A stretch of 64,000 nucleotides of DNA. Source: Balanoglossus misakiensis. Lineage: Eukaryota; Animalia; Hemichordata. Each line of letters opens with the position of its first letter. Position 1 is the stretch's first letter. The notes under the pieces were generated by a model. That model ran no database searches. It worked only from the letters and a program-made list of their open reading frames with translations, and had not been told where the DNA came from. Below are positions 23,153-34,738 of the stretch, one piece after another. The position numbers and the translations under genes are program-made. The DNA is taken from positions 978,281 to 1,042,280 of the forward strand of contig CM082584.2 in the NCBI GenBank assembly GCA_040954595.2. Reading direction: 5' to 3'.

Positions 23153-26100
23153 TTAATTTATATACTTATCAAATTGTAAGCTAACCAATATGGTTAGAAG
23201 TCCGATTTGCTTGGACGTGAACCAATATGATCTATCAAAATTTTCTGGTAAAAGTTTGAGTAACTATAACGTGTGCTTTCACCTTTTTTCATCATGTTGC
23301 TTGGGCCCTGACAATGCTGCTTTATAGCTACTACAGGATTAGATTACTTCCATTTGGCAGTAGCATATAAGTGTAATGGTGTAGAAAGTTTATCCTGTTT
23401 ACTGAAAGAGGAATTGCAAGAGAAACCATGTGTTATAAAAAAAAACTAGAAGATATTAAATAGCCTTAGTAAACATTTCCCAGAAACATTTCAATGAACA
23501 GTTACCATAATGTACTTTACATTAGAGTCAGAGGTGACTAAAAGGCTAATATTGTCATTTGTGAAATGTACACAATTGTATTTATATTGTCGGTGAACTG
23601 TTTAGCTGTGTTGTCAGTTATGTTGAGCTTATTAGATTGGGTGATTGTCTTATTGGGTGAGTGGTGTCACTGTCTGTCACTTTTCTTTACTGAAACCACG
23701 GGGCCAATTACTTTGAAATTTAGTATGCAGGTTCCTAGGGTGAAGTTGGTAGAGTTTATGTAAATTGTGGTGAAATGTGTAATTTTTGATCAATTTTAGT
23801 TGTGTTTAGTTAAATTCTTTGTACAATTACTTTGAAATTTAGTGTGTAGGTCCTTGGGGTTGATTTTACTGGAATTTGCTCAATTTGTGACAGAATGTGG
23901 AATATGTTATTTCGGAAGCAATTGCTTGTTTGGTCTTTTTTATTTCATAAACCAGATACTGTGATTGTTTTTCTGTTCTTTTATGTATGTGTGTCTATTT
24001 TCACAATTGAAATAAATTAATATAAGGCTATATAAAATAAATTGGTGTTTTATGCTTTTTGTGTAAGTATGAATGTATGTATGTGTGTAAGAAGATTGAT
24101 ATTGTTTGTATGGTTGATATCAGATATCATATGTCTTATAGTGAGAAAGAAACCACTACACAATCCCTAGTAGTATTTGTGGTAATATATCTGTTTTGAG
24201 AATATAGCCCATTAGTATATTGTAGTCTTTGTACAACTTTTCTTCAAAATGTGTTATATGAACAAATAAAATATGGCAAGAAGATGAATTGTTTCGAAGA
24301 ATGAATCATAATAAACAGTAGAATTTGGTCAATTTTTGTTCAGGCATAATGAAATAGCTTGTACATGAGCTTGCACGACGGTATTTGGTCAATACAGGGC
24401 GCATGCATGTATGTATGTATGTATGTATGTATGTATGTATGTATGTATGTATGTATGTATGTATGTATGTATGTACCTATCTAACACACAACACACACTG
24501 TGTATATTTAATTCCACAATGCTTGATACTAAAACTGTCCACAAAAAAACATTTGTTTATAACCCCTAAGTGCTTGTCTTCCACACTTACCTTCTCTTGG
24601 CATTTTTTTCCACAGATGATGCAATACTGCTCGTCTCTTCATCCTGGTCTCTTGCGCTCCCCTTTTTACTCTCCCCGAATGCTGACAACACGTACCGTCT
24701 CATTGTTCAGTGGATATGCCTTGCTGTCATCTGCATCTGCTCCCTCAGTACCCCCTTCTCCCTGGCACAATCATCCAAATACTATCGCAGAGGGCGCTAT
24801 ACTATATGACGATCAACACAATATCATTCAGATAATCTTTGCACAGTGGGTAAATTAAGCATTTGGTTTTTCACGAGACTTTCATCAGTTGTACTAAAAT
24901 GAAATGTGTCTACACTATACAAATGACAATGGCCTTCTAATTCAGAGACGTTGGGAAGGACTAGTGAGCACATACAGCAAATCAGAAGGCCCAAAATGGC
25001 AAAGTTGCATGATTACTAATGGGAAACAAAGAATACACAGGGTATATTTAATTCCACAGAGTGCTTGATACTAAAATTATTGCTGTTTTACAATTGTGGC
25101 ATTTACTGCTGATAATAAGGTTACCATAGATACAATTGGAATGGAACCGGACAGGGATAAACATATAAAGGCTAGGTTAACCCCCACCCCCTACCACAGA
25201 GGGCGCTATACCGATCATCAAGTCAGTACCATTGAAATAAATCTGTGCAGAGTGGGTAAATTAGGCATTTGGTTCTTCAGATTTTCATAAGTTGCACTAA
25301 AATGCTATGTGGCCCACTACAAGGACAAATAAGTCAAAAATGGCAAATTTGATATTTACTTTGAGGTTGACATGGGGCAAAGGAGACAATACAAGAACAC
25401 TGAAACTCAATTAGTGAAACACTAAAGTTGTACATGTACTTTATTTCTCTAACAAACTTAGAGAAAATTTACATGGCCATCTTTTTACTCAGAGAACTGA
25501 TGTTGAAAAGAAAACAATGTTACATCATAAAATTGAAATCCTACATGTCACTAATTTCTGATTTTCACAAATGTTCATAAAAAAAACCTGTTCTCTGCAA
25601 ACCTTACCCCCCCCCTCCTATTGTCGGTGCTTCTAATGTAACTCTCAATTTTTCCCTAAGGTGTTAAAAGAACCAAATGGTGATGATATGGTAGAAGGGA
25701 TATTTGAGGGAATAGACATAGATGAGTAAGTATTAACTGCAGTACTTGCTTCCACCAATTTCCTATCATTTTGTGTACATGTTCACGTCTCTGTGTCTTA
25801 CCAATCACATTCTGTCCTTTTTATTTTTTTCTAGAAGTGGCATCTTCTGTGTCAGACGGCAAATACTTACAGTGTCCCACCTTATGCCAGACCTTGGGTA
25901 CAGAGGAGGCCATATTAGAAAACCTGCCAATGCATGTACACTACTCTATCAATCAAGAAATGCAACAGTCACAAAGATTGAGTAAGTTAACTAAACCAAA
26001 GCAATCTCCACCCTGCAACTTCCCCAGCACTTACTATCTGCATGCAAGTTGTGAACTTTTAATTTAGTATTCATTACAGAAACATTTCAGTCCTACAATT

Positions 26101-26819
26101 CACATGCATCTTATTTTCGTCAACACCAACTTATACAAAATATGATTTAACCATCTTGTTCTCATTTCTCTCCAATGTACAGAAAGCAGTAGCCTGGATG
26201 GATTTACAGAGAGAGAGGCTAGTACACGGCACTCATGTGGACATGCACTACCACATATCATATCTCAACGGGACTTCGGTTGTCGCTGTAGTATTTAACC
26301 CAAGTTTAACTGTGACACCCACGTCCATACATGGCAAGGTTTTCTCTCCCAAAAGTTTCAGTTTGGCATCCCAGTTACCATCAGTTGCGCTTTCTCCATG
26401 CCTTCTAAGTTGAATGCGATTTACCATCACCGGATTCATACTGTGGTGCAAAGACAATTAAAAACATCGATTGTAAGTCATTTAGTAGTGATACCATTGT
26501 TACCAAACCTCGTTTTAAAATACATGTAATCTGTACTCGAAACTATCATTTTTTCTTTCTTTCTAGAATATGACTTGTGAGCGAGTGCCGCGTTTAAATT
26601 GATACTGAGAATAAACACCGCTAATCGACGATAAAATCAACGTATTTTCAAATGCAAGTGAACGCATGGAGGCGGCCATATTGAATTTAGGTTACATCCC
26701 AAGACATTCCGACTGGGCTTCAGGTGGATTCGGGAAAGGTCTCTAAAACATAATCGGTCATCCAGTTTTGTATACTAAATTTCTAAAAATGTAGGACATG
26801 GGAGGTTAACATACCCACA

Positions 26820-27200
26820 ATGACTACACACAAAAAAGGGCCCAGGCGTTTCGGGGTGCGATTGTTACATACCTTAGCTCCATCATCTGCAACCAGCCAA
26901 GGCATGGCTGTGAAATTGCGCGTCATGGAGGATGTCGAGATCCGGAATTCCGCCAACGGGAAACTGTTTAGCGTGCCTTGTATGCAGCACGATGGCAACG
27001 TTCTGGAACTTAAATTCTGGAAAGAAAATCCGAAGTGGCTGAACAGATTACAGAAGGGAGAATACGTACAGCTCCGCAACTTTTCCACTGGAAGAGATAA
27101 TACCATTTGCCTCTATGATAGAGCAAAGGCCGGGGATGCCATTACGCCGTTAAACCTGAAATATAGATTGAGAGTGGATATTGCTTTACACAATTTTTGA
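26820..27200 (+). other. 126-aa intronless ORF, possibly a decayed OB-fold (RPA/SSB-like) gene; left-arm mirror has a premature stop (19683-19916)
   Basis: LELKFWKE...LQKGEYVQLRNF resembles the OB-fold strand3-helix-strand4 pattern. Eyeball match only. Confidence 0.3.
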
Positions 27201-29685
27201 ACATTGAAGTAAAGTATTAGAATGATGGAGTCCGATAGAAAAAGTGAGTTGGTAATTTCGGCATCCGACTTCGTTATTAAAATGGAAAGATTTGCGATTT
27301 GAGATTCGGTTACCATTTGGAAGTTTGAAAGGAAATATTTCATTCAAGTACAGTGGCAACTACTGGATTATGGAGAATATTTGAAATGTTGATGAACGGA
27401 GACCTATTAGAATCAATGAAAACCTACCTTTATTGGTGTTACGGTTACAACACCTGACAGACCGCTGGTCTGCGTCCGTTCGATTTTGAGCTCCTAGCTC
27501 TTGTGGAGACATGCGGAGGTACAGCGGGTTTATTGTTTTTTTGTAAAACCATAGTTAAACTCCAAAAATCTTCTTCTCCAGAACGAGCGATGACTGAGTC
27601 GCAAGATTCGGGGAGTATGGTCACTACACTGATGTCTATCAAGTTTGCAAAGAGCATTGTGATTGGTCGAAGATTATGGCGGCCATATTGGATTTTGTAA
27701 AAAACAGAGAAAAATTGAAATTCCTTTTTCTAGTCCAAAAATTGATAGCATACAAATTCTTTTTATGGATATCAATCGTCATGTGACTAAAATATATAAC
27801 AATTTTTTGGCGATTTTTCACATGACCTTTGACCTAATTATCACGCGTTATTATTTCTGCATATCTAATTCCAGGCTAACCTATAGGGCTAGAGGTTTGG
27901 TTTTTGATGAATGTGGATTAGTGTGTGATCAAAATATTTTGCTACTTTTCATGACCCCTTTGACCTCTGCTGACCTCATTAATTATGCACATACCTAATT
28001 ACAGGCGAACCAATAGAGCTAGAGTTTTGGTTTTTGTTGGACATGGCCCACTCTGGGGTCAAAAGTATGGGTAAAAAAAAATTGCCCAAATGTTGGGTGA
28101 CCTCAGGTGACCTTTGACCTACTTCACCCTATTTCAGCAGCAAAAATACACACATCCTTGTTATGTCATGAGATAATACATCCGATAGAAAATTCTGTTT
28201 CTTCTCATTCATACTGTGCATATATAATTCAAGATCAGCGCTTGGGCCCAACAATGCTGCTCGCAGCTTTAATTCTTCTTCTTCTTCTTCTTCTTCCGAG
28301 AAATTCGGCCAGGTAGATCTTGAAAACCGCTGCACCTTGGGGGCTGAAACTTGGTAGGGTGATAGGGGCCAATGAGTAGACGTGCAGTGGCTCGTGAATA
28401 TTTAATTAGTCACGTGACCTGGCGGCCATATTGCATTTCCTGACAATCGTTAAACGAGTCCTTCTCAAAAACTACTGGGCCGATCGAGTTCAAATTTGGT
28501 GTACAGGTAGCCTACCTTCTGTCCATCATTTTGCTACAATTGTTTTTCTGAAAAACTACTTAAAACTTTAAAAATCTTCTTCTCCAGAACCAGCGATTGC
28601 CGAGTCACAGGATTCGGGGTATGTGGTCACCTAACCTATGTTTATCAAGTTTGCGAAGCGCACTGTGATTGGTCGATCGTTATGGCGGCCATGTTGGATT
28701 TTCGGAAAACCATTGAAAAATGAAAATTCTGTTTTGTAGCCAAAATGTTGACAGCACGTAAATTCTTTTTTTTGGATATGAGTCATCATATGACCGGAAG
28801 TTGTTACAATTTTTCGGGGCAATTTTGACATGACCTTTGACCCAGTTTTAAAACAACTAATTATATATGCATATCCCCATACCTCCTCTTGTAAAAGCAC
28901 CACAGTCATGAATTTTGTGGACATGGGTACCAATGCTGCCAGGACATGACACAACTATTTTGGTAATTTTGGCAATGACCCTTGACCTATTTCTGAAACA
29001 TCATTTTTCTGCATATCTAATTCCAGGCTAACCAATAGGGCTAGAGGTCTGGTTTTAGTTGGACATGGCCCACTCTGGGGTCAAAATTTTATGCCCAAAT
29101 TTTGGGTGACCTTGGATGACCTTTGATCTAATTTCCCATATCTCAGCATCCACAGCAGTTAGAGTCCTGGCTTTTGGAGGGCCGATGGAGCAGATATGGA
29201 GTCTTACACAAGACCTCATTAATTATGCGCATACCTAATTCTAGGCGAACCAATAGAGCTAGGTGTTTGGTTTTTGTTGGACCTAGACTAGTATGGGGTC
29301 TGATTTTTTTGCCCAAATTTGGGGTGACCTCAGGTGACCTTTGACCTACTTTCCAATATCTTGGTATCCACAGCAGATACAGCCTTGGCATTTGCTTGTT
29401 ACCATGGGAACCGCTTGTGCCAAGCCAACGCTGCTTGCAAGTTTAATTGTATTTTGCATTTTCTCACGGTGGCGACCATATTCCTTTGCGGCGAAGATTT
29501 ATTATTTGTCTGGTTTAAACTTGCATATGCACTCATACTTAGGGTTCATAATACTTGTACATAGTTCAGTGCATACTTCTGTATGGGCTAAAGGTGGTGC
29601 AGTTTGAAAAAAGTGTGATAATTTCCCAAAAGTACCAGCTGATGCACCGATTTATGTCTAATCTCTGTTTTGAATTTCTTGGCAG

Positions 29686-29886
29686 CTTAACCCAAGTTGA
29701 TAGTACCCTTCTTGTCCTGGACAGAAGTCTATCTGTCAGTACAAATGGTGTAACCGTATCAGTTGATGACAACTCGTGGCATAATGTTGTCATGGTAATT
29801 GAAGAAGGCATTGTGGCAGTTTACTTGAATGGTGTTGCAGTAACATCACCCCTTCCATCCTGGACAGGTATCGCTGACTCAGAAAA
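29686..29886 (+). CDS. Pentraxin/LamG exon
   Basis: DNSWHNVVMV...VAVYLNG; CAG and GTAAGT splice sites. Confidence 0.8.
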
Positions 29887-30289
29887 GTAAGTTGCTAGTG
29901 GAACTCCGAACATTTTTAACTCCTACAAAGCCATAGAAAATTGTCATCATCACATGTTAAAATTCTATATTTTCCTATACTGTCAAGTTTTCCCAAGCCT
30001 CAAGAGAAGTGAACCATTTATTTGTGAAGCAGTTATCTTGTTTATAACTTATCTGCTAGGTAGCTTGTCTTACTCCTACATGACAATACAATATCATCAT
30101 AACATGTTGCGACTTACAACAAAACTGGCCAAAAAAATCAAGGGAGCAAACTATGGACATCAGCAAAGCTATCTTCGTGGCACTTTCAAATTCAAACTTA
30201 TGCGGAACGATACTGATTTTCACAGTTTATTTTTGACAACTTCTTACCAGCACTTTTAATGAATTCATTATTCTCTTGTTTTTCAACAG

Positions 30290-30573
30290 CTGTATGGTAA
30301 TTCTTGGTCAAAGCTATGACGAAAATGGACTCCTTGACAACTATTTTAGCTTCCATGGTGATGTTACACAGATGAATGTATACGATTATGTATTGACTCC
30401 TGTTGAAATCCAGAGTCTGGCTTTGAACTGTTCACAAAGTCCACTTGGCAATCATGTCATGTGGGTTGAAATGGATCAAGAGTTATTGGGTAGTGTGGTC
30501 AAAATCCAGCCATCAGCTTGTGGAAGTACCAGGTGCCCAATTGGTTACTCTGGTTCACCATGCACACCTGTTG
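30290..30573 (+). CDS. Pentraxin C-terminal + EGF-like exon
   Basis: LGQSYD..FHGDVTQMNVYD..; CGSTRCPIGYSGSPC. Confidence 0.85.
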
Positions 30574-30583
30574 GTAAATAGCC

Positions 30584-33069
30584 TTATCATATGCTCATGC
30601 TGATATCACCTCCTCCTAGTGACGTTTAACGTGAATATCACCACGTTTAGTGTGAAATATCACCGGTGATATTTCACACTAAACGTCATCATTTCTTGCG
30701 CTTATACCCGGAACTATGTTCATGAAAATGGCGACCTTAAAATGTAAACAAACATAACCCGATACAGGGCCCGGTTTCATGAGATTTGACATACCGGTAG
30801 TCAACATCGAAATTCATGGGGTTCTGATGGCCACGGACATGTCTTATAAATAAAGGATTTATCTTGGTGATTGATTTGGAAAACAAACGATTATTAGTTA
30901 CACACGTAGAAAAAATATGACAACGTCACGTCAACACTGTGCGTCACGCGCGCGAGCAGTTGTCCAGGTGACCGGTCTGTTTACGTTCATTACGGTCGTT
31001 TACCAAATAAAGATAACCCGAAAATGTTCACAATTATACCTTCTTCAGACTTTTTTTTGTAGTTTTCAGTAAAATAAACAACTACATTTTTTATGGTTAC
31101 GTTTTAAAAACAATTCAACACTAAAATGAAAACCCGGTCAATAAAAAGTGGATGCCTACGGCAAAATTTACTCACTTCCTAAATAGACATCGCAATGGAA
31201 GCATTCAATGACCCGGAGATGCAGGAAATTTTCCAACTTGCTGAGTTATTGTGTCAAGATGAAACTGATACTGCTGTACCCGAACAAAATCAGCAACAAC
31301 AGCAAAATCAAAATCGGTATGTGGAATTTAATGATGGCGATTTGGACGACTTTGTGGACCAGCAAAAAAAGAAGAATACCGTAAGGAGTACGAACACGGC
31401 AGTGAAGCAGTTTCAGGAATGGTTGTCGAGTATGCGCCCAACAGAAACTCGTCGTATAGTTGATATGCCACCCCAAGATCTGGATAGCCACCTTGCTGCA
31501 TATTTTGTTGGAGCCAGGCAGAAAAATGGTGAGCAGTATGAACCCGATACTTTGACGAGCTATCAGCGGGGAATCGAGCGTTATCTGCAGGACAACGGTT
31601 ACCCGGTCTCCATCATCCGTGACAATGAATTCCAACGCTCCCGAAAATGCCTCTCAGCAAAAAGAGTTGAACTAAAAAAACAGGGACGGGGAAATAAGCC
31701 ACAAGCTGCCGAAGTGCTTACAGATGAAGAAGAACAACTTTTAATTGAACGAGGATTTGTCGGTCGATCGACTCCCGAAGCAGTTTGGATGAACAACACC
31801 AAGATGTTGGGCTTTCGCGGTGGCCAAGAAAACCGGGAATTGAAATGGGGGGATATCAAGCTCAAAAAGACGGCCGACCACAAAGAATATATCGAATTCA
31901 ATGAAAGGGAGACTAAGACCAGATTTGGACAGGCTGGTGCAAAACCACGACCCTTCAACCCCAAAATCTTCGCAACTCCCGAGAAGCCAGACACATGTCC
32001 CATAGCCACATACAAGGAGTTCGCTAATCGTCGCCCCGTTGAGATGAATACCCCAGACAGCCCCTTCTACTTGGCAATCAATTATTCGCCCTCATCAACC
32101 ATATGGTTTAAGAAATCCCCTATGGGAAAGAATAAGTTGGCAACAGTCATCCAAAGTATGAGCGATAAAGCAGGCATCAGAGGGAAAAAAACCAATCACA
32201 GCATGAGAAAAACAGCCATCACGAAATTGCTGCATGCAGGCATTCCACCGACCCAAGTACAACAGTTATCGGGCCACAGTCAGCTGCAGTCGGTCAACAA
32301 CTACGCCACCGCCTCGCTCAGGCAGCAGGAAGAGATGTCAAACATCCTCGCTCCAGGTTCATCCAAACAAGTCGAAAATCGCGCAATTTCTAGTTCCGTC
32401 AGTTCAAACACGTGTCAGATGGAAGCGGCGACAACGGGTGGTATATTTAGCGACGCAGTTATATATGGCGGCTCGTTTAATATCTATGTTTCAAACGCGA
32501 CGTCGACGGGATCATCATCTATGACACAGACCCCACCACCGTACAAACGCCGCCGCCGTGCAGTCATTTATGACTCTCCGTCCTCATCAGAAAATTCCCA
32601 GGAATGATCAGACTTTGAGACTCTTTTTGAACTTTGAAATGAATAGCCTCTGGCTTTATTTGCAATTTAACTGATTTCAAACCGATTTTAAATTCATGAC
32701 GTTCACTTGTTGTTGCACCCCTAAAAAAATGTGTTCGATTCAATTTTCAAACATTTTGTTGTTTTGCATGATAGAGAGCGGTTGACCTCCTTTGACAATT
32801 TACTATTTAAAAACATCTTTGACTTACCGATGTTGTCGTTTCCTACCGTTATTTAACATCTTTACAGTTATCCTCATATTTTTATATCACCGCTACGCTA
32901 CACTTAAAAATGGCGCGTCATGTCAACATGAATGAAGCCGATTTACAATGTTAATAAAATATCAATGCGCTAAGCGGAATAAAATAATTCATTAAAATTA
33001 AAGTGTTCTCGCTTTATTTTTTCATTTTTCTTGTAAATTCCGAAGTTTGAGCATATGATAAACCTCATA
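30584..33069 (+). mobile_element. Crypton-type tyrosine recombinase DNA transposon, 2486 bp
   Basis: Absent at the equivalent left-arm site (7000/7001). 14-bp inverted repeats at 30584-30597 and 33048-33061; 4-bp direct repeat TTAT at 30584-30587 and 33070-33073; single YR ORF. Confidence 0.92.
31195..32607 (+). CDS. Crypton tyrosine recombinase (DUF3504 family, related to domesticated ZMYM/QRICH1/KCTD1 domains), 470 aa
   Basis: Intronless ORF; N-terminal KNGEQYEPDTL motif; catalytic R (GFRGGQE), HxxR (TNHSMRKT), GH and Y (SGHSQLQSVNNY) all present. Confidence 0.93.
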   Translation: MEAFNDPEMQEIFQLAELLCQDETDTAVPEQNQQQQQNQNRYVEFNDGDLDDFVDQQKKKNTVRSTNTAVKQFQEWLSSMRPTETRRIVDMPPQDLDSHLAAYFVGARQKNGEQYEPDTLTSYQRGIERYLQDNGYPVSIIRDNEFQRSRKCLSAKRVELKKQGRGNKPQAAEVLTDEEEQLLIERGFVGRSTPEAVWMNNTKMLGFRGGQENRELKWGDIKLKKTADHKEYIEFNERETKTRFGQAGAKPRPFNPKIFATPEKPDTCPIATYKEFANRRPVEMNTPDSPFYLAINYSPSSTIWFKKSPMGKNKLATVIQSMSDKAGIRGKKTNHSMRKTAITKLLHAGIPPTQVQQLSGHSQLQSVNNYATASLRQQEEMSNILAPGSSKQVENRAISSSVSSNTCQMEAATTGGIFSDAVIYGGSFNIYVSNATSTGSSSMTQTPPPYKRRRRAVIYDSPSSSENSQE

Positions 33070-33797
33070 TTATTCATTACTATCAAACAATTTTATGCAT
33101 AATCTGACGAGGAGAAATTGGGTCATATTCACAGAGTTGATTAATCCTAAATCCTTACTTTAACACAGCTCTCCTTGTAATGTTGTGTCTGTCCAGGGAA
33201 AACTGTGTGAAATTTTGAGTAGTTTTTCCTGTGTACATTCACCAGCCCCTAGCTGCTGTGTGTTGTACTCCAATCACACAGCCTGCAATCTCCCTACTTT
33301 AGGAAGTATAGGGAATCATCATCTGCCCATGCCTGTATCGCTCACTCTTTTTGTTTCTACCGTACATGTATTTAACACTGAATGTAATGATACTATTCAC
33401 AACCACCATCACCATCATCATCATCATAATCATCATCACCACCACCACCACCACCATCATCATCATCATCGTCATCATCATCACCATCATCATCATCAGT
33501 TTCTGCTGTTCCAAGAACTAGGCTTATCATGAGTGTAATTGATCATATCAGTTATTATGCCTATGGATACCATCTCATGACTCTTGTCCTATCTTGTAGT
33601 GTTTCTTGACAGTGATCTAGTCTATTCACATGTATCAGAAAACAAGCACTTAACAATATCTGGATTTCTCATGAATATGTGACAGATATTAACATCTAGT
33701 AGTGCATTTACCTAAATGTACCAGTGTATGCATAGGGGATGTGGACCAGTTGTTTAATTTACAAACATTTGTTATTCTTTCATTTTTTTTTCTTCAG

Positions 33798-33938
33798 ATA
33801 AACACGCTCCTGAAGTCATTTACTGTCCCAATACGACCCGTATAATTAGTCCTAATAGCTTGACAACAGGAGTATGGCAGGAGCCTATATTTACAGATGA
33901 TGTCGCCATTGCCAATGTGACACAAACCTACACAATGG
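33798..33938 (+). CDS. HYR domain first exon
   Basis: DKHAPEVIYCPN...VWQEPIFTDD; phase 1-1. Confidence 0.8.
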
Positions 33939-34642
33939 GTAAGTTTCCTATAAAATATCATTTCTGATTATAGATAATATATAACATTCACACTAACTAA
34001 GTTTTTTTTATCGGGGTGGGGTGGGGAGTTGATCTAAACAGAAACCAACAAGCTGAGACAACTTTCCTAAGATTATGGTCAGTATGAAGCATACTGGTAC
34101 AGTTTATTCTTGTGGCCGTTACTCATATATGGCTAGCACATCCTATGTGCGACAGATGATCTTGCTTCCAAGTATTAAAGCCTTAATTGCTGATACTATT
34201 ACCATATGTTTATAGGCCCTTTCCTCGATCCCAGGGCAGTACAATGAAGTTAAAACTCGAAAGCATTTGTGTTTGCACGTAATTGTTTATTGGAAACAAA
34301 AGATTTGACCAACTGTTGAGCAAGGCCTTTAATCAGTAAAGTACTTAATATTCTCCACTACTACTGGGGATACCCATACCACAAATGTTGTGTTCTCTTA
34401 CAATGGGCAGTTGAATAAACGTGTGCGGCACCATATCTGTTTAGTATACATATCTTGTTCATGTTTATATGTACAGTCACAATCAGGAGTTGATAATATG
34501 CCTGTGTATACCCACCAGATAGCTCACTTAAATGGACCATTCTAAGTTTGAAAAGAAAATCATGAAAAACATTCAAGAAACGGAAGCTATTTTGGCTTTA
34601 GCACCCATGCCTGTAATGATGTGCATAATTTTGTTCTTACAG

Positions 34643-34738
34643 GTGACACCTTTTCCTGGGGAACCTACCAGATCAGCTATGTTGCTTCAGATACAGCTGG
34701 CAACAATGCACAGTGCAACTTTTTACTCTATGTACTGC
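34643..34738 (+). CDS. HYR domain second exon
   Basis: GDTFSWGTYQISYVASDTAGNNAQCNF. Confidence 0.8.

Noticed and set aside
31246-32524. Overlapping or antisense ORFs within the recombinase gene
   Set aside because: Shadow frames of a GC-richer coding sequence with no independent support.
31195-32607. Domesticated host gene (ZMYM/QRICH1/KCTD1)
   Set aside because: Intronless, retains all catalytic residues, has terminal repeats, and is absent from the paired arm.
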